Assembly: GCA_963920595.1 (NCBI GenBank)
Contig: OY986950.1
Span: forward strand, 5,022,001 to 5,086,000
Direction: 5' to 3'
Origin: Eimeria praecox
Taxonomy: Eukaryota
DNA length: 64,000 bases
In this document: piece by piece, positions 13,401-26,369 of the stretch
Layout: each line of letters starts with the position of its first letter
How positions within the stretch are numbered: position 1 is the stretch's first letter
Program-made: the position numbers and the translations under genes
Notes under the pieces: generated by a model
Seen by the model: only the letters and a program-made list of their open reading frames with translations
Told to the model about the DNA's origin: nothing
The model's database searches: none

Positions 13401-16175
13401 GGAAGAAGCTTGTGCATGATGGCTTGTGTTGGGCGGTTCCGTTTGCGGTGCAGGAGGTGGGTGGATATAGAGGGGGCTTGTGAGAGGCTGGGAGTCATGG
13501 GACGGTAGAGGCGTAAACGAGACGCGAAGGGCTGCTCACCATGGGGCTTGCGTACCTAGAATCGATGCACTGCCTCCATCACATGTTCGCGCATATGATG
13601 GACTGTGTGTATCAACCATTCGCGAAGGAGATCAACTCTCTCCATCACGCATTTGTCCTGCACATTGGAAGTCTCGGATGTGTGCTGCTAAAAGCTATTT
13701 CCTATTTCCTGTCTGCATTGGAAGCCTCGGATGTGTGCTGCTAAAAGCTATTTCCTATTTCCTGTCTGCATTGGGCTTCTGAGCAATATGCCTCATCCCA
13801 TTACAGGTTTCGTTTTCGAGCATTCATGTTGTGGAATAGCCTTGCTCAGGCAGGGTAGCGCATTAAGGTTCGACGTTTGTGGCTGTCTGTATGCGCTCGG
13901 GAAGGCCGCCGGGACAGGCGTTCTTGGATGATCGACAGTGCTGTCTGGTGTGTGTTAGTGGCTGCGGGCCTATTTGTGGGGGGGAAGAGGACGAGCACGG
14001 ATGCCAATGAGGGGAGAAGCTTGTGCATGATGGCTTGTGTTGGGCGGTTCCGTTTGCGGTGCAGGAGGTGGGTGGATATAGAGGGGGCTTGTGGGAGGCT
14101 GGGAGTCATGGGACGGTAGAGACGTAGACGAGACGCGAAGGGCTGCTCACCATCGTGCTTGCGTACCTAGAATCGATGCACTGCCTCCATCACATATTCG
14201 CTCATATGATGGACTGTGTGTATCAACCATTCGCAAAGGAGATCAACTCTCTCCATCACGCATTTGTCCTGCACATTGGAAGTCTCGGATGTGTGCTGCT
14301 AAAAGCTATTTCCTATTTCCTGTCTGCATTGGGCTTCTGAGCAATATGCCTCATCCCATTACAGGTTTCGTTTTTGAGGATTCGTGTTGTGGCATAGAGT
14401 AGGCTATGGTGGGTGGCTCATAATGCTTTTACATTTGCGGTTGTTTGCATGCGCGGGGTAAGGCCCCGTAGACAAGATTGGTTGGAGGCTGGGTTGTAGT
14501 GGGTGATCTGCTAGTCTGTGTGAGTACGTGCCAGTCTATGGGTGGGGAGAAGGAGCAGCATAGAGGCGACAAACCGCAAGAAGAGTTGATATCCAGGCGT
14601 GTGTTTGGGGATTAACTTGGTACTACAGGCAGTGCGTGGATAGCTGGGACTATGGCACGCTTGGAGGTGTTGGAATGTGAGCGTGCTAATGACGACCACA
14701 GATTGATGCATAGGATCAACTGTGTGCGTCAGACGCTTTTTATTAGATCCGGCCGTTAGTCGCCGGTTCTGGTTGTGGACCACTGTTTCTTCATTTTGCA
14801 CAGGTCCTCTTAGCAGTATGCGTTTTGCTTGTAGAGGTTGGTTATTGCGTGTTTGCATTGAGGTGTGGAGTTGGCTACGGGTGATGTGCCTTTGGCCGTT
14901 GACGCTTGTAGATATCCGTGTGCATGCATGTATGCCCGCTAGACGGGGTTGCTTGAAATCGCGAGTCTATTGGCAGGCGTGTGGAAGTGGTTGCGGGCCT
15001 ATGGGTGGGGGGGGACGAGGACGAGCACGGATGCCAATGAGGGAAGAAGCTTGTGCATGATGGCTTGTGTTGGGCGGTTCCTTTTGCGGCGCAGGTTGTG
15101 GGTGGATATAGAGGGGGCTTGTGAGAGGCTGGGAGTCATGGGACGGTAGAAGCGTAAACGAGACGCGAAGGGCTGCTCACCATCGTGCTTGCGTACCTAG
15201 AATCGATGCACTGCCTCCATCACATATTCGCTCATATGATGGACTGTGTGTATCAACCATTCGCAAAGGAGATCAACTCTCTCCATCACGCATTTGTCCT
15301 GCACATTGGAAGTCTCGGATGTGTGCTGGCAAACGCTATTTCCTGTCTGCATTGGGCTTCTGAGCAGTATGCCTCATCCCATTACAGGTTTCGTTTTCGA
15401 GCATTCGTGTTGTGGAATAGCCTTGCTCAGGCAGGGTAGCGCATTAAGGTTCGACGTTTGTGGCTGTCTGTATGCGCTCGGGAAGGCCGCCGGGACAGGC
15501 GTTCTTGGATGATCGACAGTGCTGTCTGGTGTGTTGTAGTGGCTGCGGGCCTATTTGTGGGGGGGAAGAGGACGAGCACGGATGCCAAAGAGGGAAGAAG
15601 CTTGTGCATGATGGCTTGTGTTGGGCGGTTCCGTTTGCGGTGCAGGAGGTGGGTGGATATAGAGGGGGCTTGTGAGAGGCTGGGAGTCATGGGACGGTAG
15701 AGGCGTAAACGAGACGCGAAGGGCTGCTCACCATGGGGCTTGCGTACCTAGAATCGATGCACTGCCTCCATCACATGTTCGCGCATATGATGGACTGTGT
15801 GTATCAACCATTCGCGAAGGAGATCAACTCTCTCCATCACGCATTTGTCCTGCACATTGGAAGTCTCGGATGTGTGCTGCTAAAAGCTATTTCCTATTTC
15901 CTGTCTGCATTGGAAGCCTCGGATGTGTGCTGCTAAAAGCTATTTCCTATTTCCTGTCTGCATTGGGCTTCTGAGCAATATGCCTCATCCCATTACAGGT
16001 TTCGTTTTCGAGCATTCATGTTGTGGAATAGCCTTGCTCAGGCAGGGTAGCGCATTAAGGTTCGACGTTTGTGGCTGTCTGTATGCGCTCGGGAAGGCCG
16101 CCGGGACAGGCGTTCTTGGATGATCGACAGTGCTGTCTGGTGTGTGTTAGTGGCTGCGGGCCTATTTGTGGGGGG
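7408..16175 (+). repeat. 2192-bp higher-order repeat (1030 + 551 + 611) x4
   Basis: Seen: 611-bp units carrying a 53-bp internal duplication have core markers at 9096, 11288, 13480 and 15672, an exact 2192-bp period. Confidence 0.95.
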
Positions 16176-19100
16176 GAAGAGGACGAGCACGGATGCCAAT
16201 GAGGGGAGAAGCTTGTGCATGATGGCTTGTGTTGGGCGGTTCCGTTTGCGGTGCAGGAGGTGGGTGGATATAGAGGGGGCTTGTGGGAGGCTGGGAGTCA
16301 TGGGACGGTAGAGACGTAGACGAGACGCGAAGGGCTGCTCACCATCGTGCTTGCGTACCTAGAATCGATGCACTGCCTCCATCACATATTCGCTCATATG
16401 ATGGACTGTGTGTATCAACCATTCGCAAAGGAGATCAACTCTCTCCATCACGCATTTGTCCTGCACATTGGAAGTCTCGGATGTGTGCTGCTAAAAGCTA
16501 TTTCCTATTTCCTGTCTGCATTGGGCTTCTGAGCAATATGCCTCATCCCATTAAAGGTTTCGTTTTTGAGGATTCGTGTTGTGGCATAGAGTAGGCTATG
16601 GTGGGTGGCTCATAATGCTTTTACATTTGCGGTTGTTTGCATGCGCGGGGTAAGGCCCCGTAGACAAGATTGGTTGGAGGCTGGGTTGTAGTGGGTGATC
16701 TGCTAGTCTGTGGGAGTACGTGCCAGTCTATGGGTGGGGAGAAGGAGCAGCATAGAGGCGACAAACCGCAAGAAGAGTTGATATCCAGGCGTGTGTTTGG
16801 GGATTAACTTGGTACTACAGGCAGTGCGTGGATAGCTGGGACTATGGCACGCTTGGAGGTGTTGGAATGTGAGCGTGCTAATGACGACCACAGATTGATG
16901 CATAGGATCAACTGTGTGCGTCAGACGCTTTTTATTAGATCCGGCCGTTAGTCGCCGGTTCTGGTTGTGGACCACTGTTTCTTCATTTTGCACAGGTCCT
17001 CTTAGCAGTATGCGTTTTGCTTGTAGAGGTTGGTTATTGCGTGTTTGCATTGAGGTGTGGAGTTGGCTACGGGTGATCTGCCTTTGGCCGTTGACGCTTG
17101 TAGATATCCGTGTGCATGCATGTATGCCCGCTCGACGGGGTTGCTTGAAATAGCGAGTCTATTGGCAGGTGTGTGGAAGTGGTTGCGGGCCTATGGGTGG
17201 GGGGGGACGAGGACGAGCACGGATGCCAATGAGGGGAGAAGCTTGTGCATGATGGCTTGTGTTGGGCGGTTCCGTTTGCGGTGCAGGAGGTGAGTGGATA
17301 TAGAAGGGGCTTGTGAGAGGCTGACTGTGTTTATCAACCATTCGCGAAGGAGATCAACTCTTTCCATCACGCATTTGTCCTGCACATTGGAAGTCTCGGA
17401 TGTGTGCTGCTAAAAGCTATTTCCTATTTCCTGTCTGCATTGGGCTTCTCAGCAATTTGCCTCATCCCATTACAGGTTTCGTTTTTGAGGATTCGTCTTG
17501 CGGCTTAGGGGTGGCTCCGCTGGGTGGCTCATAATGCTTTTACATTTGCGGTTGTTTGCATGCGCGGGGTAAGGCCCCGTAGACAAGATTGGTTGGAGGC
17601 TGGGTTGTAGTGGGTGATCTGCTAGTCTGTGTGAGTACGTGCCAGTCTATGGGTGGGGAGAAGGAGCAGCATAGAGGCGACAAACCGCAAGAAGAGTTGA
17701 TATCCAGGCGTGTGTTTGGGGATTAACTTGGTACTACAGGCAGTGCGTGGATAGCTGGGACTATGGCACGCTTGGAGGTGTTGGAATGTGAGCGTGCTAA
17801 TGACGACCACAGATTGATGCATAGGATCAACTGTGTGCGTCAGACGCTTTTTATTAGATCCGGCCGTTAGTCGCCGGTTCTGGTTGTGGACCGCTGTATC
17901 TTCATTTTGCACAGGTCCTCTTAGCAGTATGCGTTTTGCTTGTAGAGGTTGGTTATTGCGTGTTTGCATTGAGGTGTGGAGTTGGCTACGGGTGATGTGC
18001 CTTTGGCCGTTGACGCTTGTAGATATCCGTGTGCATGCATGTATGCCCGCTAGACGGGGTTGCTTGAAATCGCGAGTCTATTGGCAGGCGTGTGGAAGTG
18101 GTTGCGGGCCTATGGGTGGGGGGGGACGAGGACGAGCACGGATGCCAATGAGGGGAGAAGCTTGTGCATGATGGCTTGTGTTGGGCGGTTCCCTTTGGGG
18201 TGCAGGAGGTGGGTGGATATAGAGGGGGCTTGTGAGAGGCTGGGAGTCATGAGACGGTAGAGGCATAGACGAGACGCGAAGGGCTGCTCACCATCGTGCT
18301 TGCGTACCTAGAATCGATGCACTGCCTCCATCACATGTTCGCGCATATGATGGACTGTGTTTATCAACCATTCGCGAAGGAGATCAACATTGGAAGTCTC
18401 GGATGTGTGCTGCTAAAAGCTATTTCCTATTTCCTGTCTGCATTGGGCTTCTGAGCAGTATGCCTCATCCCATTACAGGTTTCGTTTTTGAGGATTCGTC
18501 TTGCGGCTTAGGGGTGGCTACGCTGGGTGGCTCATAATGCTTTTACATTTGCGGTTGTTTGCATGCGCGGGGTAAGGCCCCGTAGACAAGATTGGTTGGA
18601 GGCTGGGTTGTAGTGGGTGATCTGCTAGTCTGTGGGAGTACGTGCCAGTCTATGGGTGGGGAGAAGGAGCAGCATAGAGGCGACAAACCGCAAGAAGAGT
18701 TGATATCCAGGCGTGTGTTTGGGGATTAACTTGGTACTACAGGCAGTGCGTGGATAGCTGGGACTATGGCACGCTTGGAGGTGTTGGAATGTGAGCGTGC
18801 TAATGACGACCACAGATTGATGCATAGGATCAACTGTGTGCGTCAGACGCTTTTTATTAGATCCGGCCGTTAGTCGCCGGTTCTGGTTGTGGACCACTGT
18901 TTCTTCATTTTGCACAGGTCCTCTTAGCAGTATGCGTATTGCTTGTAGAGGTTGGTTATTGCGTGTTTGCATTGAGGTGTGGAGTTGGCTACGGGTGATG
19001 TGCCTTTGGCCGTTGACGCTTGTAGATATCCGTGTGCATGCATGTATGCCCGCTAGACGGGGTTGCTTGAAATCGCGAGTCTATTGGCAGGCGTGTGGAA

Positions 19101-22100
19101 GTGGTTGCGGGCCTATGGGTGGGGGGGGACGAGGACGAGCACGGATGCCAATGAGGGAAGAAGCTTGTGCATGATGGCTTGTGTTGGGCGGTTCCTTTTG
19201 CGGTGCAGGCTGTAGGTGGATATAGAGGGGGCTTGTAAGAGGCTGGGAGTCATGGGACGGTAGAGGCGTAGACGAGACGTGACGGGCTGCTCACCATCGT
19301 GCTTGCGTACCTAGAATCGATGCACTGCCTCCATCACATATTCGCTCATATGATGGACTGTGTGTATCAACCATTCGCAAAGGAGATCAACTCTCTCCAT
19401 CACGCATTTGTCCTGCACATTGGAAGTCTCGGATGTGTGCTGGCAAACGCTATTTCCTGTCTGCATTGGGCTTCTGAGCAGTATGCCTCATCCCATTACA
19501 GGTTTCGTTTTCGAGCATTCGTGTTGTGGAATAGCTTTGCTCAAGCAGGGTAGCTCATTAAGGTTCGACGTTTGTGGCTGTCTGTATGCGCTCGGGAAGG
19601 CCGCCGGGACAGGCGTTCTTGGATGATCGACAGTGCTGTCTGGTGTGTTGTAGTGGCTGCGGGCCTATTTGTGGGGGGGACGAGGATGAGCACGGATGCC
19701 AATGAGGGAAGAAGCTTGTGCATGATGGCTTGTGTTGGGCGGTTCCGTTTGCGGTGCAGGAGGTGGGCGGATATAGAGGGGGCTTGTGGGAGGCTGGGAG
19801 TCATGGGACGGTAGAGGGGTAGACGAGACGCGACGGGCTGCTCACCATCGGGCCTGCGTACCTAGAATCGATGCACTGCCTCCATCACATATTCGCGCAT
19901 ATGATGGACTGTGTTTATCAACCATTCGCGAAGGAGATCAACTCTTTCCATCACGCATTTGTCCTGCACATTGGAAGTCTCGGATGTGTGCTGCTAAAAG
20001 CTATTTCCTATTTCCTGTCTGCATTGGGCTTCTGAGCAATATGCCTCATCCCATTACAGGTTTCGTTTTTGAGGATTCGTGTTGTGGCATAGAGTAGGCT
20101 ATGGTGGGTGGCTCATAATGCTTTTACATTTGCGGTTGTTTGCATGCGCGGGGTAAGGCCCCGTAGACAAGATTGGTTGGAGGCTGGGTTGTAGTGGGTG
20201 ATCTGCTAGTCTGTGTGAGTACGTGCCAGTCTATGGGTGGGGAGAAGGAGCAGCATAGAGGCGACAAACCGCAAGAAGAGTTGATATCCAGGCGTGTGCT
20301 TGGGGATTAACTTGGTACTACAGGCAGTGCGTGGATAGCTGGGACTATGGCACGCTTGGAGGTGTTGGAATGTGAGCGTGCTAATGACGACCACAGATTG
20401 ATGCATAGGATCAACTGTGTGCGTCAGACGCTTTTTATTAGATCCGGCCGTTAGTCGCCGGTTCTGGTTGTGGACCGCTGTATCTTCATTTTGCACAGGT
20501 CCTCTTAGCAGTATGCGTTTTGCTTGTAGAGGTTGGTTATTGCGTGTTTGCATTGAGGTGTGGAGTTGGCTACGGGTGATGTGCCTTTGGCCGTTGACGC
20601 TTGTAGATATCCGTGTGCATGCATGTATGCCCGCTAGACGGGGTTGCTTGAAATCGCGAGTCTATTGGCAGGCGTGTGGAAGTGGTTGCGGGCCTATGGC
20701 TGGGGGGGACGAGGACGAGCACGGATGCCAATGAGGGGAGAAGCTTGTGCATGATGGCTTGTGTTGGGCGGTTCCGTTTGCGGTGCAGGAGGTGAGTGGA
20801 TATAGAGGGGGCTTGTGAGAGGCTGACTGTGTTTATCAACCATTCGCGAAGGAGATCAACTCTTTCCATCACGCATTTGTCCTGCACATTGGAAGTCTCG
20901 GATGTGTGCTGCTAAAAGCTATTTCCTATTTCCTGTCTGCATTGGGCTTCTGAGCAATATGCCTCATCCCATTACAGGTTTCGTTTTTGAGGATTCGTGT
21001 TGTGGCATAGAGTAGGCTATGCTGGGTGGCTCATAATGCTTTTACATTTGCGGTTGTTTGCATGCGCGGGGTAAGGCCCCGTAGACAAGATTGGTTTGAG
21101 GCTGGGTTGTAGTGGGTGATCTGCTAGTCTGTGTGAGTACGTGCCAGTCTATGGGTGGGGAGAAGGAGCAGCATAGAGGCGACAAACCGCAAGAAGAGTT
21201 GATATCCAGGCGTGTGTTTGGGGATTAACTTGGTACTACAGGCAGTGCGTGGATAGCTGGGACTATGGCACGCTTGGAGGTGTTGGAATGTGAGCGTGCT
21301 AATGACGACCACAGATTGATGCATAGGATCAACTGTGTGCGTCAGACGCTTTTTATTAGATCCGGCCGTTAGTCGCCGGTTCTGGTTGTGGACCGCTGTA
21401 TCTTCATTTTGCACAGGTCCTCTTAGCAGTATGCGTTTTGCTTGTAGAGGTTGGTTATTGCGCGTTTGCGTTAAGGTGTGGAGTTGGCTACGGGTGACGG
21501 GCCTTTGGGCATTCACGCTTGTAGATATCCGTGTGCATGCATGTATGCCCGCTCGACGGGGTTGCTTGAAATAGCGAGTCTATTGGCAGGTGTGTGGAAG
21601 TGGTTGCGGGCCTATGGGTGGGGGGGGACGAGGACGAGCACGGATGCCAATGAGGGGAGAAGCTTGTGCATGATGGCTTGTGTTGGGCGGTTCCCTTTGG
21701 GGTGCAGGAGGTGGGTGGATATAGAGGGGGCTTGTGAGAGGCTGGGAGTCATGAGACGGTAGAGGCATAGACGAGACGCGACGGGCTGCTCACCATCGTG
21801 CTTGCGTACCTAGAATCGATGCACTGCCTCCATCACATGTTCGCGCATATGATGGACTGTGTTTATCAACCATTCGCGAAGGAGATCAACATTGGAAGTC
21901 TCGGATGTGTGCTGCTAAAAGCTATTTCCTATTTCCTGTCTGCATTGGGCTTCTGAGCAGTATGCCTCATCCCATTACAGGTTTCGTTTTTGAGGATTCG
22001 TCTTGCGGCTTAGGGGTGGCTACGCTGGGTGGCTCATAATGCTTTTACATTTGCGGTTGTTTGCATGCGCGGGGTAAGGCCCCGTAGACAAGATTGGTTG

Positions 22101-24420
22101 GAGGCTGGGTTGTAGTGGGTGATCTGCTAGTCTGTGGGAGTACGTGCCAGTCTATGGGTGGGGAGAAGGAGCAGCATAGAGGCGACAAACCGCAAGAAGA
22201 GTTGATATCCAGGCGTGTGTTTGGGGATTAACTTGGTACTACAGGCAGTGCGTGGATAGCTGGGACTATGGCACGCTTGGAGGTGTTGGAATGTGAGCGT
22301 GCTAATGACGACCACAGATTGATGCATAGGATCAACTGTGTGCGTCAGACGCTTTTTATTAGATCCGGCCGTTAGTCGCCGGTTCTGGTTGTGGACCACT
22401 GTTTCTTCATTTTGCACAGGTCCTCTTAGCAGTATGCGTATTGCTTGTAGAGGTTGGTTATTGCGTGTTTGCATTGAGGTGTGGAGTTGGCTACGGGTGA
22501 TGTGCCTTTGGCCGTTGACGCTTGTAGATATCCGTGTGCATGCATGTATGCCCGCTAGACGGGGTTGCTTGAAATCGCGAGTCTATTGGCAGGCGTGTGG
22601 AAGTGGTTGCGGGCCTATGGGTGGGGGGGGACGAGGACGAGCACGGATGCCAATGAGGGAAGAAGCTTGTGCATGATGGCTTGTGTTGGGCGGTTCCTTT
22701 TGCGGTGCAGGCTGTAGGTGGATATAGAGGGGGCTTGTAAGAGGCTGGGAGTCATGGGACGGTAGAGGCGTAGACGAGACGTGACGGGCTGCTCACCATC
22801 GTGCTTGCGTACCTAGAATCGATGCACTGCCTCCATCACATATTCGCTCATATGATGGACTGTGTGTATCAACCATTCGCAAAGGAGATCAACTCTCTCC
22901 ATCACGCATTTGTCCTGCACATTGGAAGTCTCGGATGTGTGCTGGCAAACGCTATTTCCTGTCTGCATTGGGCTTCTGAGCAGTATGCCTCATCCCATTA
23001 CAGGTTTCGTTTTCGAGCATTCGTGTTGTGGAATAGCTTTGCTCAAGCAGGGTAGCTCATTAAGGTTCGACGTTTGTGGCTGTCTGTATGCGCTCGGGAA
23101 GGCCGCCGGGACAGGCGTTCTTGGATGATCGACAGTGCTGTCTGGTGTGTTGTAGTGGCTGCGGGCCTATTTGTGGGGGGGACGAGGACGAGCACGGATG
23201 CCAATGAGGGAAGAAGCTTGTGCATGATGGCTTGTGTTGGGCGGTTCCGTTTGCGGTGCAGGAGGTGGGCGGATATAGAGGGGGCTTGTGGGAGGCTGGG
23301 AGTCATGGGACGGTAGAGGGGTAGACGAGACGCGACGGGCTGCTCACCATCGGGCCTGCGTACCTAGAATCGATGCACTGCCTCCATCACATATTCGCGC
23401 ATATGATGGACTGTGTTTATCAACCATTCGCGAAGGAGATCAACTCTTTCCATCACGCATTTGTCCTGCACATTGGAAGTCTCGGATGTGTGCTGCTAAA
23501 AGCTATTTCCTATTTCCTGTCTGCATTGGGCTTCTGAGCAATATGCCTCATCCCATTACAGGTTTCGTTTTTGAGGATTCGTGTTGTGGCATAGAGTAGG
23601 CTATGGTGGGTGGCTCATAATGCTTTTACATTTGCGGTTGTTTGCATGCGCGGGGTAAGGCCCCGTAGACAAGATTGGTTGGAGGCTGGGTTGTAGTGGG
23701 TGATCTGCTAGTCTGTGTGAGTACGTGCCAGTCTATGGGTGGGGAGAAGGAGCAGCATAGAGGCGACAAACCGCAAGAAGAGTTGATATCCAGGCGTGTG
23801 CTTGGGGATTAACTTGGTACTACAGGCAGTGCGTGGATAGCTGGGACTATGGCACGCTTGGAGGTGTTGGAATGTGAGCGTGCTAATGACGACCACAGAT
23901 TGATGCATAGGATCAACTGTGTGCGTCAGACGCTTTTTATTAGATCCGGCCGTTAGTCGCCGGTTCTGGTTGTGGACCACTGTTTCTTCATTTTGCACAG
24001 GTCCTCTTAGCAGTATGCGTTTTGCTTGTAGAGGTTGGTTGTTGCGCGTTTGCGTTAAGGTGTGGAGTTGGCTACGGGTGACGGGCCTTTGGCCTTTGAC
24101 GCTTGTAGATATCCGTGTGCATGCATGTATGCCCGCTAGACGGGGTTGCTTGAAATAGCGAGTCTATTGGCAGGCGTGTGGAAGTAGTTGCGGGCCTATG
24201 GGTGGGGGGGGACGAGGACGAGCACGGATGCCAATGAGGGGAGAAGCTTGTGCATGATGGGTTGTGTTGGGCGGTTCCTTTTGCGGTGCAGGCTGTAGGT
24301 GGATATAGAGGGGGCTTGTGGGAGGCTGGGAGTCATGGGACGGTAGAGGGGTAGACGAGACGCGACGGGCTGCTCACCATCGTGCTTGCGTACCTAGAAT
24401 CGATGCACTGCCTCCATGAC
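16176..24420 (+). repeat. ~3502-bp higher-order repeat (1030 + 919 + 1003 + 551) x~2.3
   Basis: Seen: long-tail landmarks 17622->21124, 18625->22127 and 20206->23708 all differ by 3502. Both copies share a 111-bp core deletion (~17323, ~20825) and a 27-bp core deletion (~18388, ~21890). Confidence 0.95.
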
Positions 24421-24930
24421 ATGTTAGCTCATATGGTCTACTCTGTGTTAGCTAATACGGTCTAATGTGTCCATTACACGCTCGCCGACCAAACCTCTGG
24501 TCTATGGTTTCATTTATGAAGAGGAGTGCTTGGCGACCGGCTTGGAAGAGCCGTGTAAAGCGGTAGTATTGGGACTGGACAGTCGCCATATATGGGCGTC
24601 ACGTCCTGCAGCTTCGCTGGGCCCAGGCAGTCTACCGCGGGTCCGAAAACGTGAGGTACGGAACAGGATTCGTTGGCCGAGAAGAGAATCAGCATGTGCT
24701 GACGTTACTAGCTCCACTTTGTTGGAGACGTTTATCAGGTGCATTATTCGCTTCTGACATCTCCTGGTATGTGCGTGCAAGCGCTGAGGATACCGGCCGT
24801 GACACCGATCATAGTGAGTATTGTACAGACGTACATTGCATCCTCAGCACATTGCATCCACGGCCTGCCGACGACGATCAGCACGACGTTCAACAGGGCA
24901 AGCCTAGTGCGCATCACACGCTAACTCGTA

Positions 24931-25562
24931 TGCTTTGTCACATCGCATTACGGATCTAGGGGCAAGCGCTACACATCAAGTGGTTCGTGCATCACATATG
25001 TGGCATGCCAGCAGCTCCGCACTGGTTTTAGAGGTATCGTGCTGCTGCAGCGCGTGCGTTAGTGTATCGGAGGATCCACACGACATCTGACAGAGGGCGT
25101 CCACGTGCTTGTTAGCCGATCAACGTTTCTGCACTGTCAGCCGCATACCGAGAGGGGCCTGCTTGGTCTGCCGCAAATGTGGCAGCAGATGGAGGGCGAT
25201 TCAGTGATCGGTATGACTTGAGGTAGCGCCTCTATGTTGGGTATTGCTGAGCAGCGTTTGGGCCTTATTACGCACGGTAGGGACGTGCGTAGCACTGCTT
25301 GGCACGATGCGTCATGCGGCTAAACGAAGCGTGTAAGCAGCGCCCTCCCAATATCCTTACAGTTTTGGTTGATCCTGAATGCAGACTCCGACACGCAGTA
25401 CACGTTCGCTTGCCAGCAAGCTCATACATAAACTGCCAGCTGTGCATTCCCTTCGTGTTGGCATTTGTGCGATGCTATGGCCTTTAATTGCATGGATGGA
25501 TCAAGGCCTCCTGTGCTTTGTCACATCGCACGACGGATCTAGGGGCAAGTGCTACATATCAA
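24931..25562 (+). repeat. ~49-bp imperfect direct repeat pair (24931-24979 and 25514-25562)
   Basis: Seen: tgctttgtcacatcgca(tt/cg)acggatctaggggcaag(c/t)gctaca(c/t)atcaa occurs twice, 583 bp apart. Confidence 0.85.
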
Positions 25563-25859
25563 TAGCCAGTTTTTCCAATTTGCAGCCGTCGTTTTGAAGT
25601 CGGTGAGCAGCATGGGATGCGCTTATTAGATACATTACTAGGTTTTGACGTCTTGTGATGTCTGTACGCGCGTGCTGAGGGTATGTGGCAACCACGGCCA
25701 GCACAAAGTTCAACAGCGCAAGAACAGTACGCGTCACATGCTACCTCGCTCGTTTAGGGTTTTGGAGCAGCAAGTACCCGTGGCCTGGACATTAGAAGGC
25801 ATTAACAAGCAGTGAAGTGTGAAATTGCTGACCGGCACCAACAATTTGTGTTTCAGTGA

Positions 25860-26369
25860 CCTCATGCAGACTTGCTCTGTCTTTCTGCTCATTTTGGTTG
25901 AGAGAGCGCCCCAAAGGGTAGCACCTAGCTTCTAGATGCTTCTACATGCCAGGCTGTGCTGATGAGCTTTGCTGTCTGGGAGTTGCTCGCACCACAGCCT
26001 AGCAAGCACTGCAAAATACGGCTTCACTGCACATGCCGTCGTCGCACGCCTTGACAGTGGGCGTTTGCCTGCCCTAGTGGCGGCTCATCCTGTACGCAAG
26101 CAGGGTCAACACGACCGCATCATTCCTGATTTGGTTGTTTTTGCTTGCAGCTTCATGAATTGTGTTGTTGCGATGCGCAGGGAGCAGCCAGTACCTTCGC
26201 ACACTAGCGTTGTGGCAAGGTTTGAAGTAGCTAAGTTGCCTGTGGTTCAGACTTGCGTCTGATATCTGGACTGGGGTGGGCCAGCACATAACTGTGTCTA
26301 CGTGAGTGTGTAGGGAGGCCTGAGGTGGGAAGCGTGTGCTCCGTGTTTGGGATAGCTGGACATGCTTTA
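25860..26369 (+). repeat. Diverged partial copy of the 2144-bp unit at the left flank of the array
   Basis: Seen: tagcaagcactgcaaaatacggcttc and tgcctgtggttca match 28150-28410, with many substitutions in between. Confidence 0.9.

Larger units (their letters stand above)
1..24420 (+). repeat. Complex tandem satellite: 32 cores, each followed by a long (1030-bp unit) or short (551-bp unit) tail; runs off the left edge
   Basis: Seen: the core marker (ORF-track starts MGGWES/MRGWES or their equivalents) recurs at 82, 1112, 1663, 2221, 3251, 3802 ... 23288, ~24318. Spacings are 1030, 551, 558, 611, 919 and 1003 bp. There are 15 long tails and 16 short tails, and the last core degenerates at ~24420. 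Confidence 0.98.

Noticed and set aside
82..24158. Many 60-142 aa ORFs in the satellite as a multigene family
   Set aside because: They overlap in several frames on both strands and simply recur with the repeat. Frame-breaking 7- and 53-bp indels are tolerated, and no domain is recognisable.
1..24420. CRISPR-like repeat/spacer array
   Set aside because: Units are hundreds of bp long, there are only two recurring tail types rather than unique spacers, and no cas-like ORF is present.
1..24420. 5S rRNA, snRNA or spliced-leader RNA tandem array
   Set aside because: I found no conserved 5S, U1-type or kinetoplastid/dinoflagellate spliced-leader signature by eye on either strand. An Rfam/Infernal scan would be needed to exclude this formally.
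25753..25759. Telomere-like TTTAGGG (also near 48213 and 52656)
   Set aside because: These are isolated single heptamers expected by chance, with no tandem run.
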